Of a DNA stretch of 64,000 bases, positions 1-11,778 are shown one piece after another. The DNA lies in assembly GCA_900617105.1 (NCBI GenBank), contig UYFQ01000673.1:1-64000 (forward strand), given 5' to 3'. Source of the stretch: Hydrurus foetidus. Taxonomy: Eukaryota. The notes under the pieces were generated by a model that saw nothing but the letters and a program-made list of their open reading frames with translations, had not been told where the DNA came from and did no database searches. Each line of letters starts with the position of its first letter. The first letter of the stretch is position 1. The translations under genes and the position numbers were made by a program.

Positions 1-100
1 TGGAACTAAGACCTAAAAAGTGGAATCTGGGCGTAATATACCTATTGTACCTAGTTAACCTAGACACATTGTATTCCCTTAGGAATGCAATAAGGCTACA
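1..100 (-). repeat. 3' LTR (partial)
   Basis: Matches 5428-5526 and ends ...TAAGGCTACA on +, which is TGTAGCCTTA on -. Confidence 0.92.
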
Positions 101-114
101 CTACCCCTTCTTCC
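101..114 (-). promoter_or_regulatory. Polypurine tract (PPT)
   Basis: The minus strand reads GGAAGAAGGGGTAG immediately before the TG of the 3' LTR. Confidence 0.85.
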
Positions 115-288
115 TTTTTTGAAGATCTTTGATTTGATATACAGAAAAAAAGAGATATGTAAAACATATATATGAGATATAGATGAAACGATTATGTCAG
201 ACTTTTACTGACTAAACTCTCCAAAAAAGACCCGTAGGTAAAAAAAATAGGAGAGAATCCTCATGGATAAAGTTTCAAATATATTAAG

Positions 289-1887
289 TCATCGATGTTG
301 TTTATTGATTAATTTAGTCATGTTATTATGACGTAAATAATCATGAAGTTTATCAACATCACGAAGACTTGAGTAAGGTTCCCAAGTGTTTTTGTCTGAA
401 GGGTAATTTAACCATTTGACTAAAAACTCTATGTGGGTACGTTGGTGTTTGCCACGATGATCAAGAATGTCTTCAACAAAGTATTCCATGTGATCACGTC
501 GTGCAACATCCAACGGATTTGTGATTGAAGGGTCAAATAGAAACGGTTTCATTGCAGAAACATGAAACTCTGAAGTTTTTTGAGTGACTAGATCATAAAG
601 TGTGTAACGCGAATTTTCGCCACTAACGACTTTTAAGGGACCTCTCCAATGCGTGTGAAGACGTGAAGGAGAAGAACCGTCGCGATAGTGTACTAAGATA
701 TATGAATCTTTTGGGTACTCGATATGTTGAGAGATTTGAGACTGACTTTGATGAAGCAAATCTGTACGAAGAAGTTCTTTAGCAGAAGCTTTGAGGAGAC
801 TATCTTGTGTTTTGATCAGATTGCTCATACGTTTTGACAAAGGTTTGTCATCAGTAACATTTCGCTCAGCAGGAGGTAAAAAAATACCTCTATCGAGTTT
901 GAGTACATTTCCGAAAAGAAGTTGAGAAGATGATATTTTTAGACGGTCACTGTGATTAGAATTTAAAATTCTTTGCACAAATGGAAGTGATTCTTTATAG
1001 ACTTCTAAAGTGACATTATCGAATGTTAATGCACGAAGATGTCGATTAACTTCTTTATTCATGCGCTCAACAATAGCATTTTCTTCTTTAGAGTATGCTA
1101 AAGTAAGACAATGTTGAGTGCCGATGAGAGATAGAAACTCTTTAATTACTTCGGAAATGAAGTGTGGCCCATTATCAGAACGGAGTTGAAGAGGTGCGCC
1201 GAAACGACCGAAATGTTGCAAGAGGCATTTAGCTGTTGAAAGTGCAGTAGCATCTTCTGTATGAAACAGTTCAACCCATCTTGTGAACGTATCGATAATC
1301 ACGAGTACGTACCCGCCGTCTGGAAACGGTCCTATGAAATCTATGTTAAGGCATTCCATAGGTGTGTAAGTAGAAGTCGAGAAGCCATGAGCATGTATTG
1401 GTATCTTTAACATACTCATCTTCTGACAACACGAACAGTGATCTATGAAGTACCTGACATGCTGTCGCATATATTGCCAATTTTCATTTCTATCTCTGAG
1501 ACGTTTTATAGTACGCTCGAGGCCGAAATGACCAACTTGTGAATTGTGCAGTTTACTGATTTTATCATACTGCTCACGTGTTAGTTTAAATTTTTCAATA
1601 GTATTAGCAGACATGATTGCATCAGGAGTATATTCCTGAGGAGAGTCAACCACGTTATTGCGACAGAGTCGAGACATCGAATCAGCTATATTATTGTTAG
1701 GTCCAGGAATATATTCAATGTTAAATGAATATTCAGATAAGGCCATAAACCATCGAACAATCATTGGATTTGAATTTTCCTTTATGTATAACAAGTTACG
1801 ATGGTCTGTACGTAATGTAAACGTACGATCACGTAATAGCGATTTTAAATACGTGCACGCATAAAAGATAGCATGACTTACTGACAA
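289..1887 (-). pseudogene. pol: Pol C-terminal part: end of RNase H, integrase, chromodomain
   Basis: RNase H motif FTLRTDHRNL; HHCC finger H..GHFG...CSCC; catalytic core IDFIGP / SDNGPHF / ERMNK; chromodomain YFVEDILDHR...FLVKWLNY...NTWEP. Confidence 0.93.
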
Positions 1888-3822
1888 ATGTTATGGGCGT
1901 CAACTAACTGGAAAAGATAGGCACCTACACCGTAGTCCGATGCATCAGTGTGCAAGTAAATCGGATCGGTGTCACTTAGAAAGTGCATAGTCATGCATTT
2001 TGAAATCTCAGATTTGATTAAATTGAATGCTCGAAGAACTTCTATTGTCCGAGTTATTTTTTTATATTTATTGTAGTTAAGCAACAACTGGTTCGTTGGA
2101 TATACAACAGTTGAAGCGTTTCTAACAAAATCGTGAAAATAATTAACCAATCCTGAAAAACTTTTAAGTTGTTTAGATAGTACTGGTTTAGGAAAATCTA
2201 AGACATTCCGTATTTTTTCTTGTGACATTCTTAGTCCTTCAGCAGAAAGAACTTTGCCAACATAATCTATTTCGGCGTAGCCTAGATAACACTTATTCGG
2301 TTTAAGGAATATTTTGTGTTTTCTAAAACGTTCAAAAACAAGACGACGTCTCGCAATGAGCTCATCAATGTCTTTACCGAATACATTGCAATCATCAATG
2401 TACATTTCGCAAATAGAGTATATCAACCCTGCTAAGACAACAGTCGTCATGATCTGTTGGAAGTAGGAGGGAGCTTGTTTAGGCCCAAAGGGTAAACGAG
2501 TGAATTGATATACTCCGCAGAAAAGTATGAATGCAGTATAAGCGCGTGCAGCGAGAGTAAGTGGTGCTTGATGATATCCTTGAGTAAGGTCAAGTACAGC
2601 AAATATTGGTGCTCCATGTGCACCTATTCGACGCAACATCTCACCGATGTGTGAAATAGGATGTGATGTATCTTCGGTACAATTGTTTAAGTTCCGAAAA
2701 TCAATACACATACGCTTAGTTCCATCTGATTTTGGAACTAGTAAAACTTGGCTATAATATGCCGCGTTTGATTTTTCAACAATTTTATGTTTTTCAAGCT
2801 TTGTGATTTGACTTAAGATGTCAGCTTGATCAACATTTAATTTTGTCGATGGAGGTTGTCTATTCTTAGGTATTTTCCATTTGACATCATTGACATTAAA
2901 GCCAAAAGGTAGAATATCAGCAGGAGTATGTGATAGTTCACTACTGAATATATCCTCAAATTCGTGTACTAGTATACGTAATTTATTTTTTTGTTCTTCG
3001 TCACCTGCTAAGTGTATTAGCGAGAGTGGGTCAGAATCAGGGAATTCATCCATCCAAGGTGAAAACGAGTCCTTGATCGAGTCGTCGATTTCGTCCTCAT
3101 CAGGTGGTACTGCTCCAAAGAGTCTATCTGACTCTTGGATTAGCGAGGCTAAAATAACGTGTGTTTGGGCGACTGCCGGTTTCACCTTTTGGGTTAAAGG
3201 ATCCACTTTTGGGGAGCCTTCGGAGGGTTGCAAATTCTCCTTAGGCAGACAGCCACACGTTATGTCCACATCTTCAGAAGCTAAAACTTCTTCTAACGGA
3301 ACAGTGCCTGATGAAGCATTGGCGGATATTTGATCCGGGAATCGTGAAAACAAATTCAATTCACGAATTTTTTTTCGTCCGATTACAAGATCGAATTTGG
3401 AGTCTTCTAAAACATAAGCCGTGATTGGAAAAGTAAAATAATTATTTATATCATGGCAAAAAGAAGAAATAGTTAAGTCTATAGTATCAATGATATCATA
3501 ACAATGATCGTCTAATCCACTACAAACTCTACACAATTTATTATTTGTATTTGAAATAAATTGAGTTAATTTATGTGAAAGTATGGTGCGGCGATTAATG
3601 AAGTTGCCAGCGAAAGAGCCGGTGTCCAGAAGAGTAAGTACTCTATCACTTTTTCCCAACAACGGCTCCTGTGAAAGAGGAGAGATGTAAAAAGGGATCA
3701 GCTCTGGATCATCGGAGAGAGTAGATGATGAGTTGAGGTTGCATAGTTGCTTACCTTTGTGTTTCTTCGAAGGGTGTGTCGAATCTGCTGTTGAAGTAGC
3801 AGACCTTGACGAAGAAGAAGAA

Positions 3823-3854
<32 letters not shown>

Positions 3855-4787
3855 TGAAGAAGAGGTTGTCTTAGGCAAAGTCGGAATGAACTGAGCTTTT
3901 GGATCAACTTTCAACAACTGCTTATGACCCTCAGAGTTGATATAGGGGGCGTCTGTACTGTTATAGTACGGAGAAAAAGTGTAGAAACACGTGGCGACTA
4001 TATGGCCGAGTCTCCCACAACCTGTGCACATAGGTCGTGGAGGCCTATCAGACTTTTCAGCCTGCACAGATTGCTCGTCTTCTCGTTGACGCTTTTTGAT
4101 TTGCGAATCAAGAGAAGAGCGAGGTTGGGCTTTGATCTGGCGAGAGCTATTGCCATAACCAGGTGTGACATCAATGAAACGCAAAGCATCAATTGATTCA
4201 CGAAGTTTTGCTAACTGCGCCAGCCATACGAATCGAAAGTCTTCGATCGTGATGAGTCTAGGCGTAGTGTCGTCAAGACTACGTTGTAACACTGTTCTCC
4301 AATTGACAGGTTCGACTGGCAACTTCTCGATGAGAATATTTGTTGCCTGAAGTTGGAGAGCAGGTGTCACATCAGGGAAGGCATCAACAATATCTGCTAA
4401 AAGCTGATCTGTTTTATCTTCAACTGATTTGTTCTTCAGGTCGAATTGAAGTGCGACCTGAGAAACTGTTTCAATGAAACTCAGCTTGTCAGTACGATTG
4501 ACAGCTGATATAGGAATTGTGATATTTAATTCTCTACAAAACATTTGATTCGTCCAATGCTTCCAACCGTTACACGCATCACGACGAGTTGGATTCGTCG
4601 CGAATTTACGCTTGAGAAGCGTTGTGAACGATTGATGGTTTGAAGCATGAACGACATCAATTGGTCGAAACGGAGTTCCATTTGAAAGGAGGACCTCCGT
4701 AACTCGTAAGACTTCCTGTCGAGAGGACACGGCGCTCAACTTAGGAGCTCTCTCGCCCGTTTGCACATAGTGCTGAGGTGGTGCCAT
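1878..4787 (-). pseudogene. gag-pol: Gag-protease-reverse transcriptase and RNase H N-terminus
   Basis: Zinc knuckle CTGCGRLGHIVATC; protease LLDTGS; RT motifs RMCIDFRNLN, LDLTQGYHQ, PFG, YIDD; RNase H TDASDYGVGA followed by a premature stop. Gag probably extends upstream through a frameshift into ORF 4895-5230. Confidence 0.93.
3811..3863 (+). repeat. (GAA)n microsatellite encoding poly-Ser in gag
   Basis: gaagaagaagaa run, read as poly-Ser on the minus strand. Confidence 0.9.
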
Positions 4788-5427
4788 CGAACGTGGAATC
4801 TCAGCCGAAGCTGGTGTCGCAGACGAATCTGGTGTCTCAGCCGAAGCTGGTATCTCAGCCGAAGCTGGTGTCGCAGCCGGAGCTGGTGATAACGTTAGAG
4901 CGGATAAAGCAGATAAAACAGGAACATCAATGACAGACGAGACCGCAGGCTCCGAATTCCGCTGAGGAATCGGTGCAGACAGGTCGCCGGCGGGGTCCTG
5001 AGCCGCAGGTGGCCCAGGAGACTCGATGTTATCTCCTCCACGATTGTGGTGCTCCTCGTAACGTTGTCGGAAGGCGACGGCGACAGCTCTAGGGGGCTGT
5101 CGTTGTCGGCGAAGAGAGTTGATGGTGCTAATCCTCCCTCTTGTCCTGGCGTCGGAGAGCCATTGTCTTCGACTGTCGGAAATAGGTGATGGGATTTAAA
5201 ATTGATGGAGTGGAGAAAAGAATTTCTCACGAAAAAAGCTTCGGTATCGACCGAATATCGATATTGTGGTCTGGGGCGGGGCCTAGGACGTTGGAGCTGA
5301 TGTTGGTGGGCGGTTGGTGTAAGCGGTGGACAAAGAAAAGTGGCAGTCGGTGGAATAGACTTGTGTTAGTATCTTACAGTTGAGTATATACAAGTGATGT
5401 GTACGCTAAGTGCTCTCACGTCATATA

Positions 5428-5526
5428 TGGAACTAAGACCTAAAAGTGGAATCTGGGCGTAATATACCTATTGTACCTAGTTAACCTAGACACATTGTAT
5501 CCCCTTAGGAATGCAATAAGGCTACA
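5428..5526 (-). repeat. 5' LTR, portion verifiable against 1-100; inner boundary lies further left and is undetermined
   Basis: Near-identical to 1-100. Confidence 0.9.
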
Positions 5527-5557
5527 CAGCTATAACATGCACTTATGGCAGTCGTAA

Positions 5558-6292
5558 GCCGACAGTTTCTTTGCTCTTCTAGTTCAAGCCTTCTGCGGAG
5601 CTCACACAAATATTCGGCACTTCAGAATAGGTTGGTCGGGAGCAACAAATGACATAACAGCCTATAAACAAACTCCATTACACCAGAATTCTACAAACAA
5701 TTCTTTGGAAACTTCTACACTTGATTGGGTCTCATTCCTCGTAGATGAGGCATACAGTCCAATTGGTGGTTGCCATCTAACACCATACAGTCAACATCAA
5801 CTAAAAAAAGCGATTAATTTACCTGACCGGACTAAAACAGTATATTACAAAATGCGAACGTTTAGTCATGTTTTATCATCACAAAGAATAACGATAGAGA
5901 GAGCGTTTGGTCAATTAGTGCATAGATGGGGGATTCTGTGGTGTGCCAACAGCTGCCGACTGAAAAACGTCTCATAAATGGTACAGTGTTGCGCAAAATT
6001 ACACAACGTATGCGTTAAAAGATGGTTGAAGAATGGTAGAGTGCATAATTTTGACGCATCAGTTGAGCAAGAAGTTATTCCTGAACATGTTAATATTGAT
6101 AGCGAGTCTAGACCGACTGATGCAGAAGTTACAAACACATTAAATAATCGATACCCTGGAATAGGAGTTAGAGCTGTTAGTTGTGATCTTAAAGTCTCAA
6201 TGATGAATATGATTTGGGATACTGGACTGAGAATTACTGACTCGCAAGATCTCGTTGGATTTCCAACAGTGGAAGTGGATACGGATGTGTAG
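5558..6292 (+). pseudogene. PIF/Harbinger (DDE_Tnp_4, HARBI1-like) transposase C-terminal remnant
   Basis: One frame reads FFALLVQAFC...GWSGATND...LVDEAY...LTPY...SSQRITIERAFGQLVHRWGIL...CCAKLHN, matching Harbinger motifs. In-frame stops at 5555-5557 and 5975-5977. Confidence 0.85.
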
Positions 6293-6488
6293 AAAGAATT
6301 CGTAATTAATGTGGAACACACAAATTTATTCTTATATCTTTTTAAATCATTCAAATGCAGCATGTTGGTGCTAAGTGCAGTATCAAGAATTTATGAAATA
6401 CTTTTTATGAGAGTACAGAAATTTAAACTACAACACTAAATGCCAATTTACTGATTACACTCACTCAGAGTATTCTCGTAACACTCTC

Positions 6489-6857
6489 TTAACTTTGTAA
6501 AAGACTATACGACGGGGCTTCAATTGCTTCGCGCTGGCGTTTCAGCTTTAGGTTGAGTATCTGTTCATTGTCTCTGAGTCGGATCGCCTCCGACCGGGAT
6601 GGAATCTGCTCACTTGTTCCACTTCTGTCCCGAAGAAGAGGCCCCAAGCTGGTCTTCAGGACCTCACCTATTGTGATCGCTACCTTCTCCATATGCATCC
6701 CTTTAGCGTAATTGGACTTGACTGATGATCCGGTTGATTTTGATGACGATATAGTAGATCGAGAGTAGGTTTCAGGTACCGCTCCACCTCCTGTTGCACC
6801 ACAATTTTTACTTGGACAAGAGTTCTCCAATCTGCATGCTTTATCAAACAATGGCAC
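6489..6857 (-). other. Unassigned ORF fragment, possibly the tail of the Harbinger accessory gene
   Basis: A 122-aa ORF convergent with the transposase, with a charged coiled-coil-like end. No domain recognised. Confidence 0.2.
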
Positions 6858-6967
6858 AAACGCAGGGTAACCGGTCGACGTTGTAAATACGTCATGCAGT
6901 CCGGTTTCCCCACACGGAACATTTACATCCTTAGCTAGTGAATCAGGTAAAAAAACATATACGGCAC

Positions 6968-8131
6968 TTACTTTTCCGAGGAAGTGTGACGCGCAGGTGC
7001 GTTCTTCTTCGGCGGCTTCTTACACTCGTACGCGTAGTGGCCCTCCTCCCTGCAGTCATTGCAGCATCCATATCTCGTACCGTACTCATGTACGGTACCG
7101 CTCCTCTCTCGTTGCGGGGTGGCCTCCCTATCCCTATAGGGAGTGCCTGCCCTCGCCGTACTCTCACTGGGGGTTTCATAACCCCCCTTCTCTCCTCCGC
7201 TCTAACTCCCGCGGCCCCTGTCGCCTCTGCCTCCGGAACCCGCTCTCCCACCCCGACCGGCCGCGAAAACGTTTCGCTTCTCCGAGTTCGGGGGAGCTCC
7301 TCCGTGGACGGGCCTTCCCATGAGGAAGTTGGCCGCGTCCTGGTTGGCATCGGCCATGGTCTGCGGCCATGACCGAACTTTATTTTTAAACGTATTTATG
7401 TATTCTGAATAGTTTGTATTAAGTCCAGTTATAAATAATATAGAATAGAACTCATCTATGTGTTCTGGGACGTCTTCGTCCGCCAACCTGTACGCTTCGT
7501 TCTTGACAAATAGCAGCGTCCTACACCTACTATAATATGCAGCTAGGTCTTCGTGCATAGTCATTTTGTTAATATAAATGTTTCTAATAGCAGTTTCTCC
7601 ATACCTTTTGTTGCTCATGTGTGTTGCAATCACACATGTCAACAGACCAAGTGGATCGCACTCCTCCATGGCTCTCTTCCCAGAGGGCATCTCATTCACC
7701 CTCGTTTGGGATACCTCTGACATCTGACCTAATATTACACCATACAGTTTTGCACAATCTTTTATAAGCAATTCAGATGCAGCTTCGTATTTCTTACGCG
7801 CTGTTTTCCATCTCTCTATCGCGACCAGGCCGGCTCCCTCCGGCGGGTCTTCAGGTTCCACCTGTTCTACGTAGTCGTAGAGAATCCCGTCGATCCCTAT
7901 TATTTCTTTTACAGTAGATTCATAAGTGCTGTACATATATACTCGAAAACATTCGAGCCATTTCAACACAGATTCTGGATCTGCCGCTTGACCTCGCGGC
8001 AGATCCAGGTAAGCACCTACCTCGGGCTTCCTACCTTTTACTATGGGTTTATGAGGCTCTCCTTGCCCCCTACCATATCGACCCCTACCCCCGCCACGGG
8101 ACTGGAATCTTCCATCGCCTCGTCCTCTCAT
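6968..8131 (-). pseudogene. gag: LTR-retrotransposon gag, Copia-like, with in-frame TAG at 7202-7204
   Basis: RG-rich ends; motifs KLYGVILGQMSE, DPLGLL, FITGLN, WPQTM. The same frame continues past the TAG to a CCHC knuckle CNDCREEGHYAYEC (about 7022-7063) and TAA at 6968-6970. No pol follows. Confidence 0.75.
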
Positions 8132-8345
8132 CCTTGCAATTCTTTTTGCAACTTCTAGCTAAGCTATTTAAGGATGACTGTCGATTATGTTGGAATTCTG
8201 GGCTATTTACACGGAATTTCTTCCGAGTTCCCAAACGATCCCTGCACTTCCTACTGCTAGCAACGCTTGCTCAAAAGAGAAGACAACGTTCTATTCGGTA
8301 AGTTGGATTGAAAGACAGTGACATGCTGTCGATTGCATCTAGGTA

Positions 8346-8826
8346 CCGTCAAGTGCCTCTTTAAGTGTATCGAGAAGGGGAAAATGGAATTTCAACCCCT
8401 TCTTTTAACGCTGAGAAACACTGAAAAAAAACGAAATTCGGACACGGAAAAAAAAAGAAGCGAAATACGGAAAATCTATCTCAACCAATATAGATTTTCA
8501 TCAAAATCTTTTTTGCGATTCGGATTCAGCGCACTCTTTTAAGGAAGATTGCTCATTTCAAAATTTTCTGGCATATTCATAGTTTGAAATATTTTGGATC
8601 CCGCGAGTCGAGAATGAGAAATTGTCATTTTTGACGACAAATTGTAGCTTAAGTAGCGCTCGGACAACAATGCTGTCATATTATTTCTTGCGCAGAATGT
8701 TCGGATTAGTCTGGAAAGCTGAACTCGTTTCAACGAGATTAAGTGTGTCAGAAAAGGTTCCTTAAAATATGCGTATTTGGTCGTTTTTGGCTAAAACCGG
8801 AATACAATTAAAGAGGCACTTGACGG
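8346..8826. mobile_element. MITE, Tc1/mariner-pogo type (TA target duplication)
   Basis: TA-CCGTCAAGTGCCTCTTTAAGTGTAT at 8344-8370 and ATACAATTAAAGAGGCACTTGACGG-TA at 8802-8828 give a 25-bp TIR with one mismatch. The interior is non-coding. Confidence 0.88.
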
Positions 8827-8872
8827 TAGCATAACATGAGTGCGAGGGTTGCGGTCAATGTTATCACAGCTA

Positions 8873-9053
8873 GGACGAACGAACGATGAACGAGACATGA
8901 ACGAACGAAAATAAATATATATTTCGTTCACGAACGAAAAGTCCGTTCATGAAGGAGAACTCTAAATTCTCCTGCTATCGTTTGAAAATTGTTGTTTACC
9001 TTTCGTTCGTTCATGTTCAAATATTTTTCTTATTGTTCGTTCGTTTAATGAAC
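8873..9053. repeat. GAAC/GTTC-rich inverted subterminal-type repeats, probable DNA transposon remnant
   Basis: CATGAACGAACGAAA (about 8896) versus TTTCGTTCGTTCATG (9001), with many GAACGAAC motifs. Confidence 0.5.
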
Positions 9054-9114
9054 ATTTTCCGGTGAAAAAAAATAATTAAAAAAAGATATAAGTATTTTTG
9101 GGGGCAAAAAGCAT

Positions 9115-9469
9115 TGTAGTCCGAATGGCATAAGAGAGAAAGGAAAGGAGAGGAGCTGAAGTCTTAGTTACAGGGGGAAGCCGTAGCTAGGGTAACTTCT
9201 ATGTGGACTAGCTAGATGATAGCAGAGTACACGTTGTAAGGGTGAGGCTGGAAGCCTACGACCCCGTAGACCAATCTGTATACCGATAGTCCTAGAAGCT
9301 CATAATGCAAAACTAAATGGCATATGGCTACAGCATGAGCATTTGTTCACGTTTACAATAATTGATGTGAATGTTATCGCTGAATGTACGTACACCCGTG
9401 CCTGAAAACAATCATGCATCACACATCACAAAGGGTACAAGATCCTAGTCTAATCCGGATATCCCAACA
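9115..9469 (-). repeat. Possible LTR of the Copia-like element
   Basis: The minus strand runs TGTTGGGATATCC...GGACTACA and lies upstream of the gag. No partner LTR, PBS or TSD seen. Confidence 0.25.
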
Positions 9470-10384
9470 GGGAACCCGGACCGTTTGCACGATCAGGTCC
9501 GCCAATATTTTCCCACGGCTACTGTAACGTACAACGCATACACAGTAGTACGTTCCCTCACCTGTAATGATTAATCAAAGCTTCCAACAATCGCTATCTG
9601 CCATTTATACGAGAAATCCACAAGCGCGGTACTGCTGAGCCCCCGACATCTAGCGTTATTTCTGATAGAATTGATTTACCAGGTGCGCCATTCAACGCCC
9701 GCTTCACAGCTCTCCTAACCTATTGTTGCGCAGTGCTGTCGTCCTTGAAATTTTCCTCCTCTTCCTCCTCTTCACAACCAACTCCATTCGATCCGCTAAA
9801 TACGATACATTATCGTTGACATCGTCGAAACGTCGGATTCCAACAACTTCAGGAGATGCAACCATCCTCTGTTTCTTCTTTGGCCGTCTGCTCTGTCTCA
9901 CCTTCGGCATAGTGATTTCGCCGGTCGAGTTTTCTTGCAAGCTACAGCGTCTCAAAGGAAGACCGCCATGTCAATCTCCATCAGAATTTACAGAGGAACA
10001 GAAGTTATATCTTGGTTTTGGTTGACATGGAGTGCTACCATGTCTAGTCAGCATTTTAATTCAAACATTAAAAAAAAGTTTCAAATTTTGAAAAAAGATG
10101 ATATAACTTCTGAAGTCCATACGAAGGCTGACAGATTCCCGTAGTTTCCAGTGGCTTCGGAGCGATATTCGTAGAGAAAGCTCGACCGCCAAAATCACGG
10201 ATCGGTGGGAAAATTTTATGCAGGAATGGCTTGCCATTCGTCGATTTGGCTAGCAGAATTTCAGCAGAATTCACACCCAAATATATTGAGTGGCATCTGC
10301 TAGCATGAATTTCATCTAATTTAGGTTATCTAGCATATTTATTTTTTTAGCAGCAGAATATTCCTCCAAGTGGCAGAAATGCAA

Positions 10385-10532
10385 AAGTAGTAGCAGAAAT
10401 AGAGCAGAAATGTAGAAGTAGCAGCAGAAATAGAGCAGAAATGTAGAAGTAGCAGCAGAAATAGAGCAGAAATGTTGAAGTAGCAGCAGAAATAGAGCAG
10501 AAATGTAGAAGTAGCAGCAGAAATAGAGCAGA
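10385..10532 (+). repeat. 31-bp minisatellite, about 5 copies
   Basis: Unit AAGTAGCAGCAGAAATAGAGCAGAAATGTAG; TAGAGCAGA recurs at 10400, 10431, 10462, 10493 and 10524. Confidence 0.9.
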
Positions 10533-10632
10533 TATGCGGCACCGTCACCAGTCACCCATCACTGTCAATTGTCACCGAAGGCACAAGGCACATGGCTCAT
10601 ACTTCCTGAGGACACAAAATTGCTGAGAAGCG

Positions 10633-10941
10633 ATGGAACAGGGATACATTTGCGAGGCGCATACTTGCCAATTGGAGGCGTTCAAGGAATGCACAAATTG
10701 TGCCAAAAAGCTTTGCTGGATACATTTTGCTTATCATAGCTGCAATGCCAACAATGGCGCGTCATCATGCTCGTCAACAGCATCAATTGCAGCCTCTGAA
10801 GTAATTGAAAATACTTCAGTAGTAGTGCAGCCTAGACCTTACGCCTTACGTAGTCCTGCGATCAGCAACTTCTTCTCTCATCAGGACACTTCAGTCGTCG
10901 ATCCTGTCGGAGGAGACGACCTCAATCGACTGGGGGGATGA
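10633..10941 (+). CDS. Small ORF with a Cys/His zinc-finger-like motif inside TIR element 1
   Basis: CEAHTC...FKECTNCAKKLCWIHFAYHSC. Confidence 0.4.
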   Translation: MEQGYICEAHTCQLEAFKECTNCAKKLCWIHFAYHSCNANNGASSCSSTASIAASEVIENTSVVVQPRPYALRSPAISNFFSHQDTSVVDPVGGDDLNRLGG

Positions 10942-11778
10942 AATCGCAGGATGAGAAAAAATCGTCTAAAATTGAGGCTGCATCGATACGCAGGGAAAAG
11001 GTTTCGGAGCTTCGGAGCAGCCTGCAACTAAGTTACCTGATAATTGGAGCGTTCCGAACCAGGAATCAGTCGCCAGAAGTTCCGCAAATGTAGAAATGAA
11101 AGTGCTCTGTTGTCATCCTGGGACACTGAATGTAATCATGACATACAGTAGGAATCGATCGCTGATATTATTAGCCGGATTTTTTTCGGCCAAGTTCGGC
11201 CGATCACCGTACACTGCAATGAGCCCGTACGGGAATACGAGCGGGAAGCTCCGCAGCTCTGCAAAGCTGCAAAAATTGCATTTTATATTAAGTGGCATAA
11301 TCTTTATACTTAAGTGGCATAATTCCTATTTAAGTGGCATAATTGTCGGCTGTACCAGCAGAATGTACTGAAAATTCGGCTAGCAGAATCCCAAAATTGA
11401 GTGGCAGAATCGACGAATGGCAAGGAATGGCGGACCTGATCGTGCAAACGGTCCCCGGACCCTTTGCATGATCAGCGCATCCATTTCCGTCCAGACGATG
11501 TACCGTCTTTTACTTTTGTACGTTATTTCATGCCAGTTTAACGGACACTTCGTAACGGCATTGTCACATCAATTTATCAGTCGCAGTACCTCAATTTGAA
11601 TTCTCCATTCTACAATACAACACAGCAGCCACAATTCTTCATCGTCAGCATCGCAGACGATGAGAAGTAAGTCATGCATTGGCCTCGGACCTCGGACAGC
11701 CCAAATTTCAATAAGGTGTTGAAAGAATTCGCATTATGTTTGCTTCATCGATCAGTCATGTCATTGTCTTCTTGATCA

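Larger units (their letters stand above)
1..5526 (-). mobile_element. Ty3/Gypsy chromovirus-type LTR retrotransposon, probably defective; 3' LTR runs off the window start
   Basis: Direct repeats 1-100 and 5428-5526 differ by one indel and one substitution and begin TGTAGCC on the minus strand. A PPT lies next to the 3' LTR. Domain order is gag-PR-RT-RH-IN-chromodomain. Confidence 0.95.
9478..11454. mobile_element. TIR DNA transposon 1, non-autonomous or decayed, superfamily unassigned
   Basis: Perfect 27-bp TIR: GGACCGTTTGCACGATCAGGTCCGCCA (9478-9504) and TGGCGGACCTGATCGTGCAAACGGTCC (11428-11454), flanked by CC on both sides. Confidence 0.88.

Noticed and set aside
5144..5162. Possible tRNA primer-binding site TGGCTCTCCGACGCCAGGA on the minus strand
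   Set aside because: Its spacing does not fit a tRNA 3' end exactly, it lies in probable gag coding sequence, and the inner LTR boundary cannot be fixed from this window.
10316..10555. Hydrophobic short ORFs (LLYFCCYF repeats)
   Set aside because: They are translations of the 31-bp minisatellite.
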